Below are positions 1-7,412 of a stretch of DNA of 64,000 nucleotides, piece after piece; within the stretch, counting starts at the first letter, position 1; each line of letters starts with the position of its first letter. The stretch covers positions 70,795 through 134,794 of the forward strand of contig JAAEZM010000003.1 in NCBI GenBank assembly GCA_018222865.1, written 5' to 3'. The notes under the pieces were generated by a model, which was not told the DNA's origin, ran no database searches, and was given only the letters and a program-made list of their open reading frames with translations. Both the position numbers and the translations under genes were made by a program. This DNA is from Alphaproteobacteria bacterium (GTDB lineage Bacteria > Pseudomonadota > Alphaproteobacteria > Caulobacterales > Maricaulaceae).

Positions 1-149
1 TCTTGCAAGGCATCATCAAAGACTTGCGAGAAGAAGGAGTTGCCGAGGTCCCCGGATTCCTTGCCGAACCGATCCAGCCAGCGCCCTCGCGCGGCCTCCA
101 TGAACTCTGCCCGCGCGTAAGCGTGTGCGACGCCGACGACCGCTCCCAT
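1..149 (-). CDS. partial CDS (first 49 codons; continues past the left edge), unknown function
   Basis: ATG at 147-149 (minus) with GGGAG 7 nt upstream. Open to the window edge (MGAVVGVAHAYARAEFMEAARGRWLDRFGKESGDL...). Missing from the ORF track because it is truncated. Confidence 0.3.
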   Translation of the reverse strand, partial: MGAVVGVAHAYARAEFMEAARGRWLDRFGKESGDLGNSFFSQVFDDALQ

Positions 150-664
150 AGCCCAGCTCCCTGACTTGCACGACCTTTGGGCGACCCTAATCCCGTTTGC
201 GTCAAGCGCAAGCGATGTAGGCGGTAAACACCGTTTTCTCAGCAGGTTTTCTTGACAGGGACGAAAAGGGAGGGACCGCAAACCGGTCCAGATCTAGCGT
301 TCGGCGCCACCGGGAAGGGACAGGGGACCCGGTGGCGCCTTTCAGACCTCAGTCGGCTGGCTGGGGGGACGCACGGTAGAGGCCTGACGCTAGAGGGCTC
401 GCGGTCGTGTGACAGGGGGGAGGAGCGACCGCGGGCCTTATACTAGGTTATGTAGAGACCGGACGGCTGATTCCAAGTGTAGGCACTCAAACTTGCCACA
501 AGAACCAACCCTGCGATCGCAATCGACACAAAGCGTGCCATGACTTTCCTCGCTTTCTTCAAGACGGCCGCTAGGCGTGCCGTTGAACCGCATATGGGGA
601 AGAAAGCGCGGCGTTAAAGCCCGGACGCTGTCACAGCTTCGTGAGCAGCGCAGGGCAATGGAGA

Positions 665-916
665 CTAGTTTGGGCGCCCGGGCGGGTTTGACCTGGAAAT
701 GATGATCTGGTCGACGGCCTTTTGCGCCTCAAGCGCGCGCCGCAACCCGACCTGAACAATCTCGATCAGATAGTTCAGATCCTCACAATTATTCTCCAGA
801 GCCTCGAGCTCGACCCGCGCGAAATCGATCGCCATATCCGCGCGTTGAAGACGGTCCCGGTCGCTTTCGCGCCCCTCATCGAGACCCATTTGATCTTGCC
901 ACTCAAAATTACGCAT
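665..916 (-). CDS. small hypothetical protein (83 aa, charged, probably helical)
   Basis: The ATG at 914-916 overlaps the TGA of the upstream gene (TGATG), suggesting translational coupling. No recognisable domain. Confidence 0.4.
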   Translation of the reverse strand: MRNFEWQDQMGLDEGRESDRDRLQRADMAIDFARVELEALENNCEDLNYLIEIVQVGLRRALEAQKAVDQIIISRSNPPGRPN

Positions 917-1491
917 CACCCAGTTCCCCACATTTTAAGATCATCCATATCCACGTTGAGCCAGTCAGCTTCGACCTCTTCCAGAGATGTTGTCCGGGCC
1001 AGCCGGTGCAGCACCTCCAAAGTCATATTGCCAACATCCGTTGCGCTTTGATCACCGAGAGCGGGCGCGCCAATCGCCTCAGGGACCACCGTGAGACGGT
1101 GGCCATGCGCAACAGCGTCAAATGCCGTTGCCAGAATCGAGAAGGGTGCGGAGAAGCCGACCAGATAAACAGGCGCGCCTGCGCAGCCGGAAATCACCCG
1201 GGCAAAGTCCGGATCGGAATAGGCCGACAGGGCTTTGCGGACGAAAACCGCTTCGCGCGCCAGTGGTTCCAATCCCGCAATCGGTTGCGCGGGCAGAATG
1301 GCCACAGGATCAAGGCTCGGATCCGCTCGGAATTGGCTATGGATCACACGCCAACCGCGGTGGCGGGCAGCGACCAGCAAGCGATGAATGCGATCAACAA
1401 CAGTTTCACACACGAGCGTCGAGCGCGCGTTTGAACGCGTGAAGCAAACATGATGCTGACAGTCGAGGAGGAGCAAGGCCGGGCGGTTCAT
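916..1491 (-). CDS. isochorismatase-family (cysteine hydrolase fold) protein, Ser at the usual Cys position
   Basis: N-terminal ALLLLDCQHH, VRKALSAYS and VGFSAPFSILATAFDA match the family D/K/C-block pattern (lliiDmQ, K..SaF, G.atd.CV..Ta.dA), with S in place of the nucleophile C. The start overlaps the upstream stop (ATGA at 1488-1491). Confidence 0.6.
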   Translation of the reverse strand: MNRPALLLLDCQHHVCFTRSNARSTLVCETVVDRIHRLLVAARHRGWRVIHSQFRADPSLDPVAILPAQPIAGLEPLAREAVFVRKALSAYSDPDFARVISGCAGAPVYLVGFSAPFSILATAFDAVAHGHRLTVVPEAIGAPALGDQSATDVGNMTLEVLHRLARTTSLEEVEADWLNVDMDDLKMWGTG

Positions 1492-2075
1492 GCGGCGGCC
1501 TCCTCATCATCACTCATGCGCTCAAGCGAGTGGTCAAACGGGCCAGGCTGATCCCAATCGCCATCCGGGCGGATCAGAACCATTGGATCTGTTTCTTCGG
1601 AGATGGCATTGGCCGGCGGCTGAATAATCCGTTCGATCTCGACATATTCGAAGTCTGAGAAAGCGAAGGCCGGACGATCTTCACGCACCCGAAATCCATG
1701 CGTCCGCCAATACTTGACGCGGTCAAGCTGAGCATGACCAAGGACTTTGCGGTAACCACGGCGGCCCGCATATCTCAGTGCTTCCTGCATCAGTGCCCGC
1801 ATCACGCCGTGACGGCGGAAAGGCTGGAGGACAGAGGCACGTTCAACCTTGGCAAAGCCGGCAAACCAGCGAAGCCGCAAGACACCGACCGGTTCACTCT
1901 TGTACCAAGCAATCAGATGCGACGCGCCGACAAGATCATTGCCGTCATACTCCTCGAAATACGGAGCAAGCTGTTCACCCAGATAGGTCACGCCACGCAA
2001 AGTCATAGCCATGACGATCTGATCGAGCGTGCGTGCGACGGTGATACGAATATCGGGATTGGAATTCGGATCCAC
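1488..2075 (-). CDS. GNAT family N-acetyltransferase (ElaA/YjcF-like)
   Basis: Motif-A-like block LQPFRRHGVMRALMQEALRYAGRRGY and EEYDGNDLVGASHLIAW...VGVLRL. I place the start at the GTG at 2073-2075, in frame, with AGGAG at 2083-2087. The longer ORF (to 2168) would overlap the upstream gene by 89 nt. Confidence 0.75.
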   Translation of the reverse strand: MDPNSNPDIRITVARTLDQIVMAMTLRGVTYLGEQLAPYFEEYDGNDLVGASHLIAWYKSEPVGVLRLRWFAGFAKVERASVLQPFRRHGVMRALMQEALRYAGRRGYRKVLGHAQLDRVKYWRTHGFRVREDRPAFAFSDFEYVEIERIIQPPANAISEETDPMVLIRPDGDWDQPGPFDHSLERMSDDEEAAA

Positions 2076-2079
2076 AGAG

Positions 2080-2706
2080 CTACTCCTGTTTTTGGGGGTC
2101 GACCGCGCGCAAGTGCCGAGCGAGACGGTCTGGAAAACGCGTACTGCCGAAGAGCGGTGCTGACCCATCGGGACAGCCCAGCTCGCTAAATTGCAAACGC
2201 CCCATCAGGGCACGGCCCTGAAGCGAGCGGGCGCGGGCAAAAACTCGGACATCGCGGTAGAAGTGATACCAGCCAGCCAGAAGGCCCCGTAACGCAGCGA
2301 GCTGCGCCATCGGCGTGCGCCCCGCCATCCCCCACGATAACAGCGCCTGGGCGGGCTCATCCAAGCCGCACACCCATTCGCGACGAGCGTTTTCAAAGCC
2401 GAACCGGCCATCGAGTATCGCCTCTCGGCCTGCGCCCGTCAGCGGGATGGAGGCGAGCAAGGCATCGGGGCGTCCGTGCCTGTAGCGCAAGTGAAGTGAC
2501 CGCTGCGTCCAGGCCTGTACCCGACTGATCGCTTCGGGATCAGCAACCGGCCCATCGATCAGCGCATCGGCGAGCGCATGAAAGTCTGAAACATCGCTCG
2601 AGCGGACGGGCTGGAAACCATAAATCGCGAGCGTCTGGTCCAGCTCAGCAAGCGGAAATTGAAGAATCCGCTTAAATTGCTTAGATTGTAACTCTTGATT
2701 GGGCAT
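2080..2706 (-). CDS. hypothetical protein (208 aa), first gene of the LysR-divergent operon
   Basis: Long ORF in operon context, divergent from the LysR gene. No domain recognised. Confidence 0.5.
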   Translation of the reverse strand: MPNQELQSKQFKRILQFPLAELDQTLAIYGFQPVRSSDVSDFHALADALIDGPVADPEAISRVQAWTQRSLHLRYRHGRPDALLASIPLTGAGREAILDGRFGFENARREWVCGLDEPAQALLSWGMAGRTPMAQLAALRGLLAGWYHFYRDVRVFARARSLQGRALMGRLQFSELGCPDGSAPLFGSTRFPDRLARHLRAVDPQKQE

Positions 2707-2779
2707 TGGATCGCCTCGTGCCAGCTGGGAAACAGGGTTAACACCCCGGTTTCGAGCTGGCCTCAGCGAAGTTGGAATA

Positions 2780-3766
2780 GTGGATAGTCAGCAAACAGCA
2801 CCCGACCTGCGCCGGAACGTCTTTGACTGGGAAGATCTGCAGATCTTCTTTGCAGTTGCGACCACCGGCTCGATGAGCGCAGCGGCCAATGTGCTGGGCT
2901 GCCAGCAACCCACAGTATCGAAACGAATCCGGCAGTTAGAGAGCCGTCTGGGCGCTCAGCTCATCGTTCGCCGTGCCGATGGTGTCGGCCTGACAGCGGC
3001 CGGCGAGGTGGCTCTGGATTATGCTCGGACAATGCAGCGTTCCGCTCAACAACTTGAGAGCCAGGTCGCCGGCAGCGACCGGGCTGCAACCGGAGAGGTT
3101 ACACTCCAGGTTTCCGACGGTTTGAGCACTTATTGGATGGCGCGGCACCTGCCGCGTTTCATGCGGATCAATCCGGGCATTGAGCTTACAATCGCCAAGC
3201 CGGATCATGGAACAGGGTTCGGCCCTGCACCTGATCTCGCGATTACTTTCGTGCCGGAAAAAGACATGGATACGCATGCAGTTGGTCTTGGCTCACTGCA
3301 TTTCATGCCATTTGCCTCAAGGTCATTTATTAGTACCTATGGTGCTCCGAAGTCTGCTCACGACGCACTAAACTTCCGCTTCCTCCAACTACAGCAATAC
3401 AACCGAGACCTTGAGTTGTGGGGGGACCGCGTCGAAGTCGTTGATTCGTACATAAACTATGACTTTCGCACGGACACGAGTTCGGTGTTGTTCGAGACAA
3501 TGCGTCATGGAGGTGGTATTGCGATGGCGCCGACATATCTGGCCGCGCTTTACCCAGACGAACTCGTGGTTCTGGACTTCGACTTTAGGCAAGATGTGAG
3601 GTTTTGGCTAAAGTATTTGCCTGAGAGTCAAAGAGTTGGCAGAGTTAAATGTGTCGGCGACTGGATAGTCGAGACTTTCGATCGCAAGAATAATCCATGG
3701 TTCCGGGATGAATTTTGTCATCCGAGTGAGTTCAGCGACATAGAAGTAATAAGATCGCAGAAATGA
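2780..3766 (+). CDS. LysR family transcriptional regulator
   Basis: N-terminal wHTH signature DLQIFFAVATTGSMSAAANVLGCQQPTVSKRIRQLESRLGAQLIVR followed by a substrate-binding-type C-terminus. Start uncertain: GTG 2780 was chosen because the ORF-track start at 2699 overlaps the divergent gene. Confidence 0.85.
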   Translation: MDSQQTAPDLRRNVFDWEDLQIFFAVATTGSMSAAANVLGCQQPTVSKRIRQLESRLGAQLIVRRADGVGLTAAGEVALDYARTMQRSAQQLESQVAGSDRAATGEVTLQVSDGLSTYWMARHLPRFMRINPGIELTIAKPDHGTGFGPAPDLAITFVPEKDMDTHAVGLGSLHFMPFASRSFISTYGAPKSAHDALNFRFLQLQQYNRDLELWGDRVEVVDSYINYDFRTDTSSVLFETMRHGGGIAMAPTYLAALYPDELVVLDFDFRQDVRFWLKYLPESQRVGRVKCVGDWIVETFDRKNNPWFRDEFCHPSEFSDIEVIRSQK

Positions 3767-3773
3767 GGATAAG

Positions 3774-4160
3774 ATGAGTGCAAGAGGCCCGACCAGTATT
3801 GACCAACATGTAGGCGCGCGCCTTCGCTTGCGCCGCAGCCTGCTCGATATGAGTCAATCGGAACTTGGCGAAAAGCTGGGTGTCACCTTTCAGCAAGTTC
3901 AGAAATATGAGCGTGGGACCAACCGCATTGGTGCCAGCCGTCTCTTCAACGTGGCGAAAGTCATGGAAGTGCCGGTGTCTTACTTCTTCGAGGGTCTCGA
4001 CGAGAGCGGTAGCTCGGAGCTCAAAGGCGAAGATTCAGACACGCTTTATGACTTCATCGCCAGCCCTGATGGTTTGGCGCTCGCCTCGGCCTTCTCCGGC
4101 ATCAAGGACCAGACGGTCCGTCGACGCGTCATCGATCTGCTGCGCTCCCTCTCGGAGTAG
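3774..4160 (+). CDS. XRE (Cro/C1) family helix-turn-helix transcriptional regulator
   Basis: HVGARLRLRRSLLDMSQSELGEKLGVTFQQVQKYERGTNRIGASRL is a typical HTH_3 motif. GAGGA lies upstream of the ATG, 7 nt after the LysR stop. Confidence 0.85.
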   Translation: MSARGPTSIDQHVGARLRLRRSLLDMSQSELGEKLGVTFQQVQKYERGTNRIGASRLFNVAKVMEVPVSYFFEGLDESGSSELKGEDSDTLYDFIASPDGLALASAFSGIKDQTVRRRVIDLLRSLSE

Positions 4161-4185
4161 CACGCGACTGACCGTCCAGATTTGG

Positions 4186-4220
4186 GCCGTGGATCTGACA
4201 GGGTCCGCGGCTTTTTCTTT
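4186..4220 (+). terminator. intrinsic terminator after the XRE gene
   Basis: GCCGTGGA (4186-4193) pairs with TCCGCGGC (4204-4211), including one G-U pair. 10-nt loop, then TTTTTCTTT. Confidence 0.55.
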
Positions 4221-4304
4221 GCCTTGAAAACACCTCAGACTTGCCTCAGCCACGCCGTGGGAACCCGTCACTCTGGCTCCAACTTTGGAATTGGAGACCT
4301 AACC

Positions 4305-4469
4305 ATGTCGAAGGCGAACAAATCTGAACCTGCGCCGCGTTCAAAGCCGGCTCGGTACGGATTCCACCTGGAAAACGGCCTGCGCCAAACACAGAAGATA
4401 CCGGCAGCCTATGCTGCGCTACGCGAGGCGCGCCATCTGGCATCGCTGAAACGGCCCGATCAATCCTGA
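4305..4469 (+). CDS. possible small basic protein (54 aa)
   Basis: ATG at 4305 preceded by GGAG with an 8-nt spacer (MSKANKSEPAPRSKPARYGFHLENG...). No homology recognised. The longer ORF-track start at 4182 lies inside the terminator. Confidence 0.3.
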   Translation: MSKANKSEPAPRSKPARYGFHLENGLRQTQKIPAAYAALREARHLASLKRPDQS

Positions 4470-4531
4470 CAGGAAAACGCAAAGACGCTGTCTAGGGAAA
4501 CGATAGAGGCTGACAATTGATAGGAGAAGAA

Positions 4532-4606
4532 TGGAGCGGGCGATGAGATTCGAACTCACGACATTCACCTTGGCAAGGTGACGCTCTACCCCTGAGCTAC
4601 GCCCGC
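4532..4606 (-). tRNA. tRNA-Gly (anticodon GCC), CCA encoded
   Basis: Hand-folded cloverleaf: acceptor GCGGGCG/CGCCCGC, D arm GCTC-AGGGGTA-GAGC, anticodon arm TCACC-TTGCCAA-GGTGA, T arm GTGAG-TTCGAAT-CTCAT, discriminator T, then CCA. Confidence 0.95.
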
Positions 4607-4647
4607 TCATGTTCGCGTAAGCCCTAAGGCCCCGCCGGGGAGCGGGG

Positions 4648-4676
4648 TATATCGCGCAAAGCCGAAAGGAATGCAA
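4648..4676 (-). promoter_or_regulatory. candidate sigma70-type promoter for tRNA-Gly
   Basis: On the minus strand, TTGCAT (4671-4676), a 17-nt spacer, then GATATA (4648-4653), about 40 nt upstream of the mature tRNA 5' end. Confidence 0.3.
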
Positions 4677-4786
4677 GAGGTCTATACGGAGGTTTTGCAT
4701 ATCAGCCGCAGAACTGCTTTGCGCAGGACTTGCCAAGCATGCTGCCGCGGGACTTTATTGCCCGATCGCTCTAACCTCATAAGTCA

Positions 4787-5305
4787 ATGCCGATCTCAAG
4801 ATCCGATCTTTTCCATCACCTCGACACTCTCGATATCGCGCATGCCACGACGGAGCATCCGCCAATCTTCACGGTAGACGAGGGGCGCGAGATCAAAACT
4901 CGCATGCCAGGCGGGCATACCAAAAACCTCTTTCTTAAAGACAAGAAGGGCCGTCTGGCCCTGGTATCAGCGCTTGGGGAGACGCAGATTGCCGTCAACC
5001 AGCTGCATCGCCTGGTCGATTGCCAGCGCTTCTCCTTTGGCCGCGAGGAGCTTTTGTACGAAACGCTCGGGGTTCGCCCGGGCTCGGTCACACTCTTTTC
5101 TATTCTCAATGACCAGGACATCCAGGTGCGTATGATATTGGATGCGGCCTTGTTCGAGCACGAGATCGTGAACTTCCACCCGCTGGAAAACACCGCAACC
5201 ACCGCAATTGCCAGCCGGGACCTTATTCCCTTTGTCCGCTCAACCGGTCGCGATCCGGTGATTATAGACTTCGATCGAATGATCTGCGTCGACCGGTCCG
5301 CATAG
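4787..5305 (+). CDS. prolyl-tRNA synthetase-associated (YbaK/ProX-type) aminoacyl-tRNA editing domain protein
   Basis: HPPIFTVDEGREIKTRMPGGHTKNLFLKDKKGRLALV and GVRPGSVTLFSILND match the ProX/YbaK-like pattern. Confidence 0.8.
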   Translation: MPISRSDLFHHLDTLDIAHATTEHPPIFTVDEGREIKTRMPGGHTKNLFLKDKKGRLALVSALGETQIAVNQLHRLVDCQRFSFGREELLYETLGVRPGSVTLFSILNDQDIQVRMILDAALFEHEIVNFHPLENTATTAIASRDLIPFVRSTGRDPVIIDFDRMICVDRSA

Positions 5306-5366
5306 CCCCCCTTGCCTCGGCTGCGGATTATCGCCACTTAGGTGGCAGAATACGCAAAGGACCAAA

Positions 5367-6281
5367 GTGATGACTATGATGGACGGACAAGCAGGCCCTG
5401 CCACAAACGACCTCGTCAAGGACTCAAGCGATCAGAGTTTCATGGCCGATGTCGTGGAGCCATCGCGTGAAGTACCCGTACTGGTCGATTTTTGGGCGCC
5501 TTGGTGCGGCCCGTGCCGCCAGCTCGGGCCCATGATTGAACACGCCGTGCTGGAAGCAGCTGGCGCGGTCAAGCTGGTCAAAATCAATATCGATGAAAAT
5601 CCGGGCATCGCGCAGCAATTGCGGGTCCAGTCCATCCCCGCTGTCTTCGCCTTCAAGGACGGTCAGCCGGTTGATGGCTTTATGGGCGCTCTGCCGGAGA
5701 GCCAGATCAAGGATTTCATCAAGCGTATCTCTGGTAGCGGCCCCAGCGAGGCTGAAACCCAGGCGATGATTGAAGAGGGGCTCAAGCGCCTCGAAGCGGA
5801 CGATCTGCATGGAGCCTCACAAATCTTCGGCGCCATTTTACAGGCCGACCCTCAGCATGTGGGCGCCCTTGCCGGTCTGGCCCGCGTCTTCCTGAAGAAT
5901 GGCGATACGGATAAAGCCGCGCAGATTCTGGCCCAGGTCCCGGCCGACAAACAGGCCGATCCGGCGATTGAGGGCGTAAAGGCCGCTCTGGAGCTGGCGA
6001 GTGCCGCGCCCGCGGATGATGATGCATTGGCAGGCCTCAAGTCACAGATCGCTGCAGATCCGTCCAACCTGCAGGCTCGTTATGATCTCGCAGAAGCCCT
6101 GCTCGCAGATGGCGATCAAGCAGGAGCCGTCGATCAGCTCATCTCCATCACGGCGCTGGACCGAGAATGGAATGAGCAAGCCGCGCGCACTCTCCTGCTC
6201 AAAGTGTTCGAAGCGGCTGGTCCAATGAGCGAGATTACGCGCGACGGTCGTCGCCGCCTGTCCTCAATCCTCTTCGCCTGA
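5367..6281 (+). CDS. thioredoxin-domain plus TPR co-chaperone (YbbN/CnoX-like)
   Basis: VLVDFWAPWCGPCRQLGP (WCGPC active site) followed by an Ala/Leu-rich TPR-like C-terminal half. Confidence 0.9.
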   Translation: MMTMMDGQAGPATNDLVKDSSDQSFMADVVEPSREVPVLVDFWAPWCGPCRQLGPMIEHAVLEAAGAVKLVKINIDENPGIAQQLRVQSIPAVFAFKDGQPVDGFMGALPESQIKDFIKRISGSGPSEAETQAMIEEGLKRLEADDLHGASQIFGAILQADPQHVGALAGLARVFLKNGDTDKAAQILAQVPADKQADPAIEGVKAALELASAAPADDDALAGLKSQIAADPSNLQARYDLAEALLADGDQAGAVDQLISITALDREWNEQAARTLLLKVFEAAGPMSEITRDGRRRLSSILFA

Positions 6282-6300
6282 TCTGCGGGAGCCATAGCAA

Positions 6301-6507
6301 ATGTCAGATAACACGACCCATTCTTCCGCGGATCTTGATCCAAAACTGCTGGAGATCCTGGTTTGCCCGGTAACGCGTGGCCCGCTGAGCTTTGATCGCG
6401 ACGCGCAGGAATTAATCTCCAAGGAGGCTGGCCTGGCCTATCCGGTGCGTGATGGTATCCCGATCATGCTGCCGGAGGAGGCTCGCGCCCTGGAGGACAA
6501 GGCATGA
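6301..6507 (+). CDS. Trm112 family protein (UPF0434)
   Basis: [16 protein letters not shown]...[18 protein letters not shown]. Confidence 0.85.
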   Translation: MSDNTTHSSADLDPKLLEILVCPVTRGPLSFDRDAQELISKEAGLAYPVRDGIPIMLPEEARALEDKA

Positions 6508-6806
6508 GCCGGCCCTGGCCGACCGAGCTGCGCTTTTCGCGACAGGACAAAGCCCTGCATGCCCGTTTCGATGATGGCGCCCAATTCGCCATTCCGTTTG
6601 AAACCTTGCGGGTGGAGAGTCCGAGCGCGGAAGTTCAAGGACACTCGCCGGATCAGAAAGTCACTGTCACGGGCAAGGAGAATGTCCTGATCACGGCTGC
6701 CGAGCCGGTGGGTCGCTACGCCGTGCGCCTCGTCTTCGATGATGGTCACGACAGCGGTCTGTTTACCTGGGACTATCTCTACGCCCTGGGCACGGAAGCC
6801 AACTAA
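6504..6806 (+). CDS. DUF971 (gamma-butyrobetaine hydroxylase-like N-terminal domain) protein
   Basis: [13 protein letters not shown]...[25 protein letters not shown]. 4-nt overlap with the Trm112 gene. Confidence 0.8.
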   Translation: MSRPWPTELRFSRQDKALHARFDDGAQFAIPFETLRVESPSAEVQGHSPDQKVTVTGKENVLITAAEPVGRYAVRLVFDDGHDSGLFTWDYLYALGTEAN

Positions 6807-6862
6807 AGACAAACTGAAATCCTGGCCGTAACCTCGCTTGGGTATTAGCGGGGAGATGCGTC

Positions 6863-7405
6863 ATGCGCGCTTTATTGGCAGGGATTTTGGTAAGTGGGCT
6901 TGTGTCAGCCACAGCCTTGGCGGGACCGGAGGATTTCTCAACCGGGCCTTTGATTGAGGGCTATGGCCCAAACGCTGAGATCGATACGACATTCGATATA
7001 CCCAGCGACGCGGTCTTTCGGCCGCTTTATGATGTCGCGCAGGCAGCCGAGCCGGGAGGTTTGAGCCGCAGCCTGGTCACAGCCGCTCGCTTCCTCAACA
7101 TGCACGCGCGTGCAGGAATTCCAGCCGAGAACATGCAGCTTGCTGTAGTTGTGCATGGCAGCGCCATTTTCGATGTGGCCGGTGCACAAGCCTATGGGCG
7201 GCGCCATGACGGCGCGGACAATGCCAATGCCGCTCTCGTCGAGGAGCTCGTGGCCAATGGCGTTGCCATCTATGTCTGCGGTCAAAGTGCCGCGCATTAT
7301 GACCTGCAAACGCAAGAGCTTCTGCCCGGGGTTGAAATGGCCCTGTCAGCCATGACCGTGCACGCGCTATTGCAGCAGGAAGGTTACACGCTCAACCCGT
7401 TCTGA
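6863..7405 (+). CDS. secreted DsrE/DsrF-like family protein
   Basis: Signal-peptide-like N-terminus (MRALLAGILVSGLVSATALA). LAVVVHGSAIFDV and IYVCGQSAAHY blocks resemble the DsrE family. Confidence 0.6.
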   Translation: MRALLAGILVSGLVSATALAGPEDFSTGPLIEGYGPNAEIDTTFDIPSDAVFRPLYDVAQAAEPGGLSRSLVTAARFLNMHARAGIPAENMQLAVVVHGSAIFDVAGAQAYGRRHDGADNANAALVEELVANGVAIYVCGQSAAHYDLQTQELLPGVEMALSAMTVHALLQQEGYTLNPF

Positions 7406-7412
7406 TTTCGGC

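Noticed and set aside
252-446. 64-aa ORF (TTG start) covering the hairpin-rich region
   Set aside because: Gly/Arg-rich composition, non-ATG start and no RBS, and it coincides exactly with three perfect stems. It is better explained as structured RNA or DNA.
1-4606. Genomic island integrated at tRNA-Gly (the accessory-looking operon lies on the 3' side of the tRNA)
   Set aside because: There is no integrase, no transposase and no direct repeat of the tRNA 3' end that I could find in 1-4531. Only the LysR 3' half shows atypical GC. Evidence is insufficient, and the left boundary is outside the window.
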